A stretch of 64,000 bases of DNA from Eledone cirrhosa. Lineage: Eukaryota. The position numbers were made by a program, and so were the translations under genes. Positions within the stretch are counted from its first letter, which is position 1, and every line of letters begins with the position of its first letter. This document shows, in pieces, positions 1 through 12,870 of this stretch. The notes beneath the pieces are model-generated. The model saw only the letters and a program-made list of their open reading frames with translations, did not search any database and had not been told where the DNA came from. The stretch covers positions 196,602,001-196,666,000 of the forward strand of contig OZ024742.1 in assembly GCA_964016885.1 (NCBI GenBank), read 5' to 3'.

Positions 1-1476
1 GACCGCTTCCAGGAGACCGGAGAATAAGTCCGGCATTGCTACGTAAAATTCGTAGGGTAGACCGTCGAGACCTGGAGATTTGCCTTTGCCGCATTGGCTC
101 AGCGCGTCCCCTATCTCAGCAGCTGAAATCGGCTTTTCACAGAACTTTGCCTCGCTGTCCGAGAGTCGCGCTAGGCCGTCGAGGTATGGACCGAAATCCA
201 AAGCCCCTCCCGGCGCGCCGCCCTGACAGAACAGTTGAGCAAAGTGCCGCTGAAAGGCCGCACACATCTGCTTCGGCTCACGTATCACGCGTCCGTTTTG
301 GTCCTTGAAAGACCGAATCGTGGACTTGTTGCCACTTTTTGCCTCCGTCACTCGGGCCCAGCTAATAGCTTTGGCTCCCTCGTTTCCCAGAGCACGTATT
401 TTGCTTCTGACAACACAGCCCTCATGCTTTGCGTCGAAGAACTGGTCCAAGGCCGTTCTCGTTGCTAGAACGCTGGCTACGTTGCCACTTCTAATTGCCT
501 CTTCTACTTTATCTACCAGTTATTTCTCGGTTCTATTTCTATCTAACGCTAATTCTTTACTAAAAACTAACGAGTCTAATCTAACTGCCCTCTTGAGAGA
601 GTACCACCATCTGTTGTTGACAATGGCCTCTGTCAAGTGCTGTTTAACTAAAGTGCTAATCCGTCTACTGTAGGCTTTGCATGTCGGTAACGACAAGTTC
701 AGCTTCCAGTAGCCGGGTCCTTGTCTATGGGTTCTATCAAGGTTGACCATGCAGGTCACTAGTTTGTGATCTGAATAGGCAACCATGAACATTTGTGGAC
801 AGCTTAACATGTTCCTATCCTTATTTCTAACTAGAACCCTATCTAGGAACGATCTAGATGTTCCGCTAAGATTAGTCCACGTCCACAGTGGCACAGTCGG
901 AAAATCTAGTCGATATCTATCGGCCAGGTCAAATCGGCCGATTAACTGTTTGAGGCTGTTACGCCCCCCTTTATCGGGACATGCTCTCACATAGTCCCAA
1001 CGTGCATCTAGGATTCCATTCCAGTCACCCACTAAAAGCAAGGAGCGGGACGTTCCCAGAAAAGTCTCTAGACGTTTGAAGAAGTCTGGCCGCGGTGTCC
1101 CGGATGGGGCATATGCGGCCACCAACCTTCACTACCGTCAACGTCTAGGACCACCAGTCGACCCTCCGGGTCCAGATGTACCGTCTGTGTTACGAGGCCC
1201 AGGTGTTTCCGCAGCAAAACGGCAACCCCGCCCCCACCCCCCCGGCAGATAGAGAGATGCGTAGATCTCAAAGTCATCAAAGATGGGGACCAGCTGTCGT
1301 TCACTGTGGATCCTGGACTCGCAAATGGCTACTACATCCATACTGTGCGACCTGATGTCGTTTAAGAGTTTGCCCTGTTTCCAGGGCATCCCCAGGCCGG
1401 GTACATTTACACATCCAACTCTTATATTGACTATGTTGGTTTTTGAAAAGTTAAAAGAGGAGAAGAAAACACTCAC
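1..1476 (-). mobile_element. L1/Tx1-clade non-LTR retrotransposon ORF2, 5' part (APE endonuclease to RT N-terminus), disrupted; runs off the window
   Basis: Minus-strand translation gives APE motifs (VGCVNV, AYAPS, LLVGDWN, SFLDRVLV, YSDHKLV, GPGYWKLN) and, after a stop at 520-522, KSPGLDGLPYEFY. Frameshifts near 1125-1250. Confidence 0.9.
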
Positions 1477-2205
1477 CTCTTCGTCTCCCGGGGATCAGAC
1501 CGCACGGTTTCCATGGAGGTGTTAGAGGGGTTGTCTGGGTGGGTGGTGGTTTCCGGCGGGGTGGGGACGGAGATGTTTGGTGGGGTGGAGGTATCTAGGG
1601 TGGGGGTGTCTGTGGTGAGGGTGAGGAAAGTTTTCCTTTAAAGACTTATAGGTGTCCGTAGGGACCCTAATCATCTTTAAATTAGGTTTGTCTACACAGT
1701 TCGAAAAAGTTTTCCCTTCGGTTTTCACTGAAGAGTCGTTGGAGATGACCTCCATTAAAGTTTTGTTTTTACTGTTTATGTATGTGTAATGTTCTTGTTG
1801 TGTTGCGGTGGTTTTTGTCTGTTGTTCTTGTGGGAGCTTTCGTTTTGTTGTAGGTATTTGTGTTTGGAGTGATGTCGTGGTTCTGTTTTCGGGACGGGGG
1901 GGTTTTGTTTGTAATGTTTGTGTTGTTTGTGTTGGTGGTTGTATGTTTGTAGTGATGTTTGTTGTTTTTTTGTTCTTGTGGTGTATTTTCTTTTTCGTTT
2001 CGAACGGAGAGGCTCTCCCTCATCACCACTTGGTGATGATGTGGGGGCCTCGTCCATTGTGGTGTCTGTGTTATTTGGAAGGGGTATGTTTTGGGGAGCT
2101 GTTGTGTTTGTGGGTGTTTTTGCAGTGGTTTTAGGTGGAGTGGAGTTGGGTGGGACTGTGCTTGCAGGTTGGCTTGTTGTTCTTGTTTTGGTTGTGTTTG
2201 TGTGC

Positions 2206-2310
2206 TGTTGTTGTTGTTGTTGTTGTGGTGGTGGTGGTGGTGGTGGTGGTGGTGGTGGTGGTGGTGGTGGTGGTGGTGGTGGTGGTGGTGGTGGTGGTTG
2301 TGTTGTTGTT
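2206..2310. repeat. (TTG)n(GGT)n microsatellite inside Tx1 ORF1 (poly-Thr)
   Basis: Read directly from the sequence. Confidence 0.95.
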
Positions 2311-3039
2311 TTGGGTGTTGGCAGTAGTGCCTCTTTTTTTTTTAGTTAACTGAGGACAGTAAGCCTTCAGGTGACCGCTGCTTAAACAGTGGTAACATGA
2401 AGGCCGCCTACCCTCAACAGAAATATTTATGTGTGAAATTCCATCCAGAGGCACACGTTGGGGTATTTTAGCTATCGGTTCTGGCCTCATTTGGACCAGA
2501 ACTTCCATGCTTGTACCATTGAATATGCCTCTGGGGGACTTTCCCACCGAAATGATGGTGTCTTCGTCGTAATCGATGAAGTCAGTTAGAATCCACCAGA
2601 CGTTTACACTTGGTGCAATGTTTGAAATTTATATTTTTTGTGTTCTTTTTCCCATATATGTGGGGAAAAAGGTGTAAAGGGGGGGACACAATCGGTGATA
2701 CAGAATGTTTTTGTGCTGTCAATTGGTCTTTCAACAACACCAAAATGCTTCCAAAAAGTTTCCCTTTTTGGATGAAGGCAATATCCTTCATGGAATTCTT
2801 CAGAACCAGTTCAATATCGTTTTGGGATAATTGAACTGGTTTTTTCGACACATTTGAAACCGTCCTAAAAATTACTGTTTTTAGAACAGTTTCTCTGCGT
2901 AACTGTTGAGGAGAAGTGATGCTGAAAGCACCACTCTCACCAAAAGTTACGTACTGTTTTGCATCGCTTAACATTCCCCTAGCATTGGACGGTTTGAGCA
3001 AAGGAAATCTTTTCCTTGTTCGTGGAGTTGTTCGTGTTG

Positions 3040-3133
3040 CTGTGGTGTTGGTGGTGTTGTTGTTATCATTGTTGCTGTTGTTGTTGGTGGTGTTGTTGTC
3101 ATCATTGTTGCTGTTGTTGTTCTTGTTGTCATT

Positions 3134-3190
<57 letters not shown>

Positions 3191-3205
3191 CTGGTTGGTG
3201 TTGTT
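3040..3205. repeat. (TTG)n microsatellite at the 5' end of Tx1 ORF1 (poly-Asn)
   Basis: Read directly from the sequence. Confidence 0.95.
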
Positions 3206-3235
3206 TATATTTTGCATATAATTGGTGTTTGTGTT

Positions 3236-3759
3236 AGTGAGTCCATTGTCATGATCAAACCGCCACCCTCCTTCAAAAACGAAGGAGAGGCGGTTTTCCT
3301 TTGTGTGATAGCTATGGCGAAAGGGGTGGACAAGGTTGAAAGGGCTAAGGTCAGACACTTTTCTCTCCGGCCAACAACTGATTCTTTTTTTCAAATACCA
3401 CTTTGGAAGAAGAATCAGGATGGAGAGAGAGGTGCTGTATCCCAGCAAGTTTTATGAAAGGTGGGTGAAAGTGGCGAGAATGGCCCGAGTGAATGGGCCT
3501 TCTCTCTATATCAGCCTGTAGGTTGAGGAAAAAGAGGAGGAGAGGAAAGGAGTACAAACTCTTCGTACTCCCGGAGATGAGGGTTGCACATTTTTTCGGG
3601 GGTATGTGTTACCTATATGTAATGTCTCCCTCTATTGGGGAAAATCGACTAATTTTTAAATTGCATTTGTGATAATATTTTACACGTTTTTATTGTGTGT
3701 AAACTTCCCCCTTTGTATTTGTCACCTTCTTTTGTGCCCCTGTGGCTAATAAAGAAACA
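3236..3759 (+). mobile_element. Short 5'-truncated Tx1 LINE 3' end
   Basis: Highly similar to 4655-5177 (IVMIKPPPSFKNEG...GPSLYISL, 3' UTR, AATAAAGAAA). Confidence 0.88.
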
Positions 3760-3771
3760 TATCTATTTCTT

Positions 3772-5177
3772 CTGCTCGGGGTCTGGTTTGGTCCTGACCA
3801 CCAGGTGGAGAAGAACTGGAACGAGATGACGGCCAAGGTGTTTGCGCTCACCCAGAAGTGGGCCGAGTGCAAAATATCCTTGAAAGGTCGAGCGGAGGTG
3901 GCGAACACTTTTATAGCGTCCGTCATCTACTACCGCTTGACCCTTGTGCCTTGTCCAGCCAAAACGCTCACCAAAATGGAGCGCGCGCTCTTCCAATTCC
4001 TTTGGAAGAAACAGGCTCCTTTGGTGAGAAGATCCATCTGCTGCCAACACCCTTCAAACGGAGGGCTGGGAATGCCGTGGCTGATGATGCGCAAACAGGC
4101 ACTCAGGCTGCGCCACCTCCCCGTATTCCTCACCAGACAACCGGTGTGGGCCCCGTTCGTGAGGCGAGCCTTCCCACGACTCGTCTCGCTGACCGAGCTG
4201 CAGTCCTGGGTCAAGCAAAGACCGAGGAAAATGGGCGACTGGCACATCGAATGTGCTCAGGCGCTCACAGTCCTCTGTCAAACGGACCCGGTGATCAGTG
4301 GAGACTCTACTTCGACATTCTATAGAGGGTTGGTCCGCAGCAAGTGTGACGACACGCTCAGAGAAACTCTGGGCGTAGAGGAGGACGAACTGGCCAGTCT
4401 GTTCGGTAGGACCTTCTGCCCGGGAACAATGGACAACTTCCCAAAGTCCCTGGCCTGGCAGTGCTACCGAGGAGCTCTACCAGTTCGAGACAAGTTCTAC
4501 AGACATGGGCGCCCGGGTAGGGATCCCTTGAAAAAGATCTGTCCGAGATGCGTGTGCGACGAGAAAACCGTCGCGCACGCATTTGTACACTGCCCGGGCG
4601 TTACCAACCTGTGGGGCTATGTAGAACGACTATTGTCCAATCCAGTTGACCACCGAGTCCATTGTCATGATCAAACCGCCACCCTCCTTCAAAAACGAGG
4701 GAAAGGCGGTTTTCCTATGTGTTATGGCTATGGTGAAAGAGGTTATATGGTGGACAAGGTTAAAAGGGCTGAGGTCAGACACCTTTCTCTCCGGCGAGCA
4801 ACTGATTCGTTTTTTCAAATATCATTTTGGAAGAAGAATCAGGATGGAGAGAGAGGTGCTGTACCCCAGCAAATTTTATAAAAGGTGGGTGAATGTGGCA
4901 AAGATGGCCCGAGTGGTTGGGCCTTCTCTCTATATAAGCCTGTAGGTTGAGGAAAAAGAGGAAGAAAGGAAGGGAGTACTCACTCTTGGTGCTCCTGGAG
5001 ATGAGGGTTGTACATTTTTTCGGGGTGTGTACAACCCCTGTGTAACACCTCCCCCCTATTGGGGATTTCAATTGTTATTTGTTATTGTATTAATAGTTTT
5101 ATTTTCATATATCTGTATGTAAACTCCCCATTTGTATTTGTCCCTTCTTTTGTGCCCTTGTGGCTAATAAAGAAATG
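3772..5177 (+). mobile_element. 5'-truncated Tx1 LINE (RT C-terminus, zf-RVT-like CPRC...H...C, 3' UTR)
   Basis: LLGVWFG, LSLKGRAEVAN, GGLGMP, CPRCVCDEKTVAHAFVHC; one frameshift near 4640; AATAAA near 5166. Confidence 0.9.
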
Positions 5178-5196
5178 TATCTATTTCTTTTTTTAT

Positions 5197-5608
5197 ATAT
5201 GTGTGTGTGCATTCTGCATATACTGCATGCAATTATGCACCATGTATAACCATATACATATATATGTGTGTGTGTGTGTGTGTGTGTCTGAGTGTGTGTG
5301 TGATTCTACATATACTACATGCAACCATGCAGCATATATAACCATATACATATATGTGTGTGTGTATGTATGTTTCTGCATATACTGCATGCAACCATGC
5401 AGCATATATAACCATATACATATATGTGTGTGTGTGTATGTATGTTTCTGCATATACTGCATGCAACCATGTAGCATATATAACCACGTACATATATATG
5501 TGTGTGTAACCATATAGATATAGGTGTGTGTGTATGTATGTATGTTTCTGCATATACTGCATGCAACCATGCAGCATATATAACCACATACATATATATG
5601 TGTGTGTA
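5197..5608. repeat. Minisatellite, ~65-70 bp unit (TTCTGCATATACTGCATGCAACCATGCAGCATATATAACCAT...TGTG), about 5 copies
   Basis: Unit repeats visibly. Confidence 0.9.
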
Positions 5609-5609
5609 G

Positions 5610-5870
5610 ATTGGGTGCTTTTAGTCATGGCACTAATATAACCACCTCACAGGGTGGACTTGGTGCTCTTTTGTAACATCAACACTACCATCTTACAAGG
5701 CTGACTGGGAGCTTTTTGTCATGGAACCAGTACAACCCCTTTACAGAAAGAACTGGGTACTTTTTACCGGGTGGAGAGTGAACTACTTTTCATGGCACCA
5801 GCACAACCCTTTTACAGAGATTGGATTTGAATGCTCTTTATCATAGCACAATCTTCTTACAGGGTGGAAT
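5610..5870. repeat. Degenerate ~46 bp tandem array related to the RTE/SINE 3' UTR module
   Basis: Repeated TTACAG..GACTGGGTGC.TTT..CATGGCACCAG, same motif as 26700-27190. Confidence 0.65.
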
Positions 5871-5884
5871 ATATATACACATAT

Positions 5885-6413
<529 letters not shown>

Positions 6414-6862
6414 ATATATATATTATATATTATATTTATATATATATTGTTTAATGTCTATTCTTTATACAGAAACTATGTAATTTGACAGCTGAAGCTT
6501 GAAAACGTCTGTCTCCCCAATACTCATATTTAGAGTAGGTTAAGGGTTGGGAAATACTGATGATATCTGAGGTACGGATTATGTTGCGGGGTTGTCTTAC
6601 TTCTAGTATAGACATTTAGTTCATGCTTGGTTCAGTTTTTACGAATATACTTTTTACGAGTTTGAAATCTAATAGTCTTATACACTAGATGCTTTGTTTA
6701 TTGTTGACTTTTCTGAGTGTATTATTTGCACATAGAGCATTTGATGATTGCTTGCATTTGTTCTATATTTATGTATTTGGTGTATATATGTGTAGTGTAT
6801 GTATATGTGTATTCAGGGTAGTTATCGATGGTGAATAGACTGGTTGGAGCAATAGCGGTCTT

Positions 6863-6924
<62 letters not shown>

Positions 6925-7184
6925 AGATCAATATGTTGATTTAAAACTGCACTATCAACAAGTGTTTTTTTAGCCTTCATATCATGTTCTCCTGTTTTAT
7001 CTGATGAAAACACAAATATTATTGTTTGGTGATGTTTGTTTTTGAAATGCGCATAATAAAATATATTGAACTCCTTTAACCATCTTTTGATCTTATATTA
7101 TGCATACTCCAGTCCCACAAACTGTAGAGTGCTTCTTATCCGATATCTGCATTGCTTTATTGTACTACAATAAAACTCACCTCC

Positions 7185-7222
<38 letters not shown>

Positions 7223-7514
7223 CATGCTAGCATGGAAGATGGACGTTAAATGATGATGATGATGATATATATAGGAGCACTTACATAATGTGCTTCATAA
7301 TAAGGGTGTATATGAAGGGATATAGGATATGTACAATTAACACACAAGAGCCTTGCTTTGGATGTTTTAAGCTGTGATCATGCCACAGCTATCTCAATAG
7401 CCAGTAAGAATGTCAGACATGTGTTTCTGGATTTTTATCCATCATCAATGACTTTTACTCACTCAGTACTGAAACAAAAATAAGCCAAAAGCTTATATGC
7501 TTTTTTGCACATGA

Positions 7515-7668
7515 AACATCAGCGAGATATGCTCATTTGCATATAGTGCAAAATATGACATCAGCGAGATATGCTCATTTGCATATAGTGCAAAATATGA
7601 CATCAGCTAGAGATGCTCATTTGCAAAATATAACATCGGCTGGAGATGCTGACTCACATATAGTGCAA
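7515..7668. repeat. 42 bp tandem repeat containing the octamer ATTTGCAT
   Basis: ACATCAGCGAGATATGCTCATTTGCATATAGTGCAAAATATG twice, plus degenerate copies. Confidence 0.85.
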
Positions 7669-7814
7669 ACTGACTGGTTAGGATTAACTAGCAGTAGCCC
7701 TAACGTAGTATGGTTCATAACAGAGATATATATGAAAGCTTATACAATACATTTATGTATGTGATTTCATAATAATAATCATCATCATCCTCATCATCAT
7801 TATTATTATTATAA

Positions 7815-8002
7815 GGGGCGGTGGATTGGCAGTATCGGTAGAGGGTCGGACGCCATGCTTTGACGCATAGAGTTACGTCCCTTTACGATCTGAGTTCAAA
7901 TCCCGCCGAGGTTGACTTTGCCTTTCATCCTTACGGGGGCGATAAAATAAAGTACCAGTAATGCACTGGGTAATTGCTGGCCTTGTGCCTAAAGTAGAAA
8001 CA

Positions 8003-8003
<1 letters not shown>
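7815..8003 (+). mobile_element. Nin/Deu-domain SINE, representative copy, followed by (ATT)n tail
   Basis: B-box-like GAGTTCAAATCCC plus GCCTTTCATCCTTACGGGGTCGATAAAATAAAGTACC. Further copies near 13309, 21095-21440, 29418, 33666, 37450, 39030-39900, 42550-43440, 45148-45480, 51790, 53298, 55516, 63060. Confidence 0.8.
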
Positions 8004-8060
<57 letters not shown>

Positions 8061-8220
8061 CCACTACCATAAATCAAAAGGTTGTTAGATTATTTTTCTT
8101 TGTCAAAAATCTGAGTTGAAGCTGTGAACTTTAAGCTGACATACATTCAAAATTTGTAACCTGCACATTGGGTCTAAAAATATGAGTATCTATTTACGTA
8201 CTGACCAATAGATAAGGCTT

Positions 8221-8490
8221 AGGGGTTAGAGCATTGGGCTTGCAATCGGAAGGTTTTGAGTTCGATTCTTGAGCAAGACACTTTATTTCATGTTGCTCTA
8301 GTTTACTCACCTGTAGAAATGAGTTACAATGTCACTGGTGTCAAGCTGTATCGGCCATTGCCTTTCCCTTGGACATCATCAGTGGCGTGGCAAGGGGAGG
8401 CTGGTATGCATGGGTGACTGCTGGTCTTCCACAAAACAACCTTGCTTCGGAGGGGAACTTTCTAGGTACAAATCTCATGGTCATTCATGG
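8221..8490 (+). mobile_element. tRNA-derived SINE with V/Meta-like core
   Basis: GGTTAGAGCATTGG..GAGTTCGATTC..CTTGAGCAAGACACTTTATTTCA. Confidence 0.65.
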
Positions 8491-8751
8491 AAAAAAATGG
8501 AAAAGAATTGAAAAAAATGGAAAAAAATGAAAAAAAACCATGAGCCTGTTTTGGTGTAATCAGTAACATGGTTGTGAGATTTTCGGCAGGTGTGGGTTTA
8601 AGTCTCACAGGCGATGATGTTCAGTTTTTTTTCTCTCTCTAACATGCCAATATGCCCAAGTTGTTGGGCTATTTTTCATAGTCAAAAACAAGCTGTTAAC
8701 TTTAAACTAACACACATTCAGAATTCATAATCCACTCAACAGTTCAAAAAA

Positions 8752-9121
8752 TCTAGCGATATAGGGTATGTTTATAAATAAATATTTTGAAAGCCTTCAG
8801 CTATGAATTTGGAAACTGATGGCATAACGCCATCTAGCAGTTTCCAGCAGAAGCTAAGAATAGGTAACTAATAACAATGATGTCATCGTTTCTGACTCTT
8901 AGCTGTCTAAACTATAGGTTTTCGCCTATATTGAGTTCCAGCAGCGAGCGGGGTATGGTGCACTGGCTTGATAATGACCAGAGTCAGAAATGTCATTGTT
9001 GTCACTTACCTATCCTTACCTTCTGCTGGAATCCACTTGATGGCACAACAGCATCAGTTTCCAAATTCATAGCTGAAGGCTTTCAAAATATTTATTTATA
9101 AATATACTATGTATCGCTAGA
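8752..9121. mobile_element. MITE with ~145 bp imperfect terminal inverted repeats
   Basis: CTAGCGAT...TTTATAAATAAATATTTTGAAAGCCTTCAGCTATGAATTTGGAAACTGATG is mirrored at 9052-9120. Confidence 0.85.
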
Positions 9122-9599
9122 CATACAAATTTACATACTTTACATTTCCAACTCCACCCCGTCCGTCCCTTTGATCTTTCTAATTTCTCATTCTTTCTTC
9201 TGATGAAGGACTAGTATCCAAAATGTTAAGACCTTCTTCCTGCTATTTCAAGCGTTAACCTACTATATTCCTTCCATATACTGTACCGATTGTGTTGTTA
9301 TTTCTGTTTACCTTTTACACACACATACACATATATATGTATATGATTAATTGGAGCTACTACATCTCAGATGGACTGGAGGCCATATTTTGCTTACACA
9401 CATTCCAGTTTTGGCATGGTTTCTATAGCTGGATGCCCCTCGTATCACTTATATGTAAATGTATATTAATATATATATGTGTGTGTACAAACACACATAA
9501 AACACCTGTATCATCATCATCATCACCATCATCATTTTATGTCAACTTTCCATGCTTGTACATACATGCAGACAATATATAATGTGATGGTTGTCCCCT

Positions 9600-10260
9600 C
9601 ATATCCAAGAAAACTCTTCAATAATCACCATTATCAACAGTGGCTCTTTAAGCCTGTCAGACTTCTACATGTGTTTTGGCAGACATGACAAACAAAGTTG
9701 TATTTGTACACATCAATACACAGAAGTGTATTTTGATGTATAGTACTGGGTCTTTTTAATCCACCAATAGATTTACAGTCATTCCCACATGAATTGCATC
9801 TTACACTATCTAATGTTATGAACTTACTGACTGTAGTCAACTTAACCTGGCCTTATGACTTTATTGGTGAGTAATGGGACCAACCTTGACAAGACATATA
9901 CAGCCACAAATATCACAAATCTGATATACTCCATCAACTTCACAAATTGTGTTTCCATGCTGCTCACTTAAAATTTGCATGAGAAATGTATACTTCTTCA
10001 AAAATATCTGCACTCTCTTTTATCCATTTTTCTCTATTGGTTGCAATGGAGAAAATATCTTTTTCAGCTGTCCTCATATGTTGAGTGGGAAACGAGTACT
10101 ATCCCCATACAAATTTTCCATGGACCACTTCCTTGAAGATCGCTGATCATTCTTTCCAATAAAAATGATGCTTGTGTACCATTGCCTCATTACTAAAGAC
10201 ATCAGTTTCCTTCAGAGTTTTAATTATCTGAAGGGGCCAAGAAAGTTGTGTTCACATTGT
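9600..10260 (-). mobile_element. Highly decayed LINE 3' end with two C2H2-like zinc fingers (RTE-like)
   Basis: CNSCGNDCKSIGGLKRP and CHVCQNTCRSLTGLKSH in ORF 9634..9840; ATNREKW remnant upstream. Confidence 0.55.
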
Positions 10261-10306
10261 GACACAAACAACCTTTCACCACCATTTTTTTCTTCCTTAC
10301 CCTACA

Positions 10307-10337
<31 letters not shown>

Positions 10338-10736
10338 CAGACACACACACACCCACACACACGCACACACATATATATAAATACATATCCCTGTTCCACA
10401 CTGTAAGCATGATTGGTGTTGGGAAGGGCATTCAGCTGTAAAGGATCGGCCAAAATACAGTTCCGTTTGAGCAAGGTATGGCACGGCCAAATGGCCTGAC
10501 TCTTCTCATAATGGGACTACCCAGTTCTATACTGTAATGTCGGTAGGTGTTAGGTAAGAGAATCCATCTGTAAAAAACCCCAGCCAAAATGCAGTTCCAT
10601 TCACGCAAGGTTTAGCACAGACAACTAGCCAGACTTGCCTCATATCATGGATGACTCATTTGAGCCATGCAAGCATGCAAAATAAGACGTTAAACGGTGT
10701 TGATGGTGATGATATATATATATATCATCATCAGTT

Positions 10737-12722
10737 AACCAAGTCGTACAGAATGGGGTTGTTCTGAAGGACTGGCGTAGCAGCATCATCGTTAACTGTT
10801 ATAAGGGTAAAGGAGATGCCCTAGATAGGAGTAACTATAGAGGCATTAAATTAATCGACCAGGTCATGAAGGTCACGGAAAAAGTAATAGCGCAACTAAT
10901 CAGAGAGAGAATTGATCTAGATGAAATGCAGTTCGGGTTTGTGTCAGGAAAAAGTACCACAGACGCTCTTTTCATTGTACGACAACTACAGGAGCAGTAC
11001 CTAGCCAAAAGTAAACCCCTATACTTAGCTTTTGTCGACTTGGAGAAAGCCTTCGACAGAGTCCCCCGTTCCATTATCTGGTGGGCTCTTAGAAAACTAG
11101 GTGTTGACGAATGGCTTGTGAGAGCTATACAAGCCATGTATAAAGAAACAGTCAGCAAGGTTAGAATTAACAACGAATATAGTGAAGAGTTTAGCGTAAA
11201 AGTTGGCGTCCATCAGGGCTCTGTTCTCAGCCCCCTACTATTTATTATTGCCCTTCAGGCTATAACAGAGGAGTTTAAGACCGGCTGCCCATGGGAACTC
11301 CTATACGCAGATAACCTAACACTCATAGCTGAATCAATGGCCGAGCTAGAGAAGAAATTCCAAACATGGAAGCGCGGCCTAGAATCAAAAGGCCTTAAAA
11401 TTAACCTGGCTAAGACCAAAGTGGCCATGCTCAGTGTGTAGGAAAGGCGTAGGTAGAAACTCCATTTTGTGTCCCAAATGCAAAGTATGGGTGCATAAAA
11501 GATATAGTGGGATCACAGGTAAGCTAACTAAGAACATAGATTTTACATGTGGCCGGTGCTCTGGTGCAATAAGTAGCAGCAAGTGCCCACAAACTACTAG
11601 CTCTTTCAACTGCGCAGAGGGCTCTATAGAAATAGTGGACAGCTTCCGTTACCTGGGTGACAAAATCAGCAGTGGGGGAGGGTGCTCTGAAAGTACAGTA
11701 GCTAGAGTCAGAACTGGATGGAAAAAGTTCAGAGAGCTTATGCCACTATTAGCCGCTAAAGGGTTCTCCCTAAAAATGAAAGGCAGGTTGTATGATGCCT
11801 GCATACGAACAGCAATGTTGCATGGCAGTGAGACCTGGGCATTGTGTGCAGAGGATATACGCAGACTAGAGAGGAACGAAGCTTGCATGCTCCGCTGGAT
11901 GTGCAATAGTAATATACGTGAACGGCAAAGCATAAACGAACTAAGGAAAAAATTAGAAATAAGAGGGATCAGATGTTGTTTACTCGAGAGAAGGCTACGT
12001 TGGTATGGTGACGTGATGCGCATGAAAGACGATAGCTGTATAACAAAGTGCAGGGCAATAAAGATAGACGGTAGCCACGGAATAGGCAGACCCAGAAAAA
12101 CCTGGGACGAGCTGATAAATTCCGACCTCACACACACCTCTCCAAGACAATGTCACTGGACCGAGACCTTTGGCGGTACTCAGTAATAGAGAAGACCCGC
12201 CTTACCTAAATACAAAGTAAAACCTACTACAGTCAGTAGGCATCTCTAACAAAATACACCCCAGTCCCACCACCCCCACCCCATCCACACCACCCCTTTC
12301 AATGTAAAGTTATGTTGGTGCCGCGCCATCCAGGCCGAAACAAATGAGATCGTGTAGGTGTCACGACAAAAAAACACAGAGTCCACGCTGTAATGTGGCC
12401 GTGTAGGCAACACGGTAAAAACCTCCCAGCCCCACACTGTAAATGTGGTTGGTGTTAGGAAGGGCATCCAGTTGTAGAAAACCCGCCAGACAGTCCACGC
12501 TGTAATGTGGCCATGTAGGCAACACGGTAAAAACCTCCCAGACCCACACTGTAAATGTGGTTGGTGTTAGGAAGGGCATCCAGCCGTAGAAAACCCACCA
12601 GACAGTCCTATGCGAGCAAGACAACCACTCTTGCCTCAAGTGGGAAAACCCCCGTCCAAACCCATGCAAGCGTGGAACACGGACGTTAAACGTTGATGAT
12701 GATGATGATGATGATCATCATC
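10737..12722 (+). mobile_element. RTE-clade LINE, 5'-truncated: RT, C-terminal region and 3' UTR with (GAT)n tail
   Basis: NYRGIKL, QFGF, FVDLEKAFDRV, GVHQGSVLSPLLF, LLYADN, RRLRWYG. Small deletion/frameshift near 11420. The 3' UTR has a ~110 bp tandem duplication at 12381-12610. Confidence 0.93.
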
Positions 12723-12788
12723 ATCATCGTTTAACGTTCATCTTCCACGCTTGCATGGGTTTGGTATATATATATGTATGTATATATA

Positions 12789-12870
<82 letters not shown>

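Larger units (their letters stand above)
1522..3230 (-). mobile_element. Tx1-type ORF1 (gag-like) with CCHC zinc knuckle and internal trinucleotide expansions
   Basis: SVEGRRPSCYHCLSSGHLKAYCPQ (CX2CX4HX4C) in ORF 2131..2547; upstream part in ORF 2582..3448. Lies directly 5' of the APE ORF on the same strand. Confidence 0.8.

Noticed and set aside
1808-2353. Plus-strand ORFs rich in Val/Gly/Trp/Cys
   Set aside because: Antisense readings of the Tx1 ORF1 microsatellites; not genes.
2582-3448. 288 aa ORF as a single protein
   Set aside because: Chimeric: an antisense Tx1 3' fragment fused through (AAC)n to frameshifted ORF1.
6480-7170. Possible Penelope RT/GIY-YIG remnant
   Set aside because: Too degenerate; no clear motif could be read.
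9634-9840. Host C2H2 zinc-finger gene exon
   Set aside because: Degenerate fingers, no linker or splice support; context fits a decayed LINE C-terminus.
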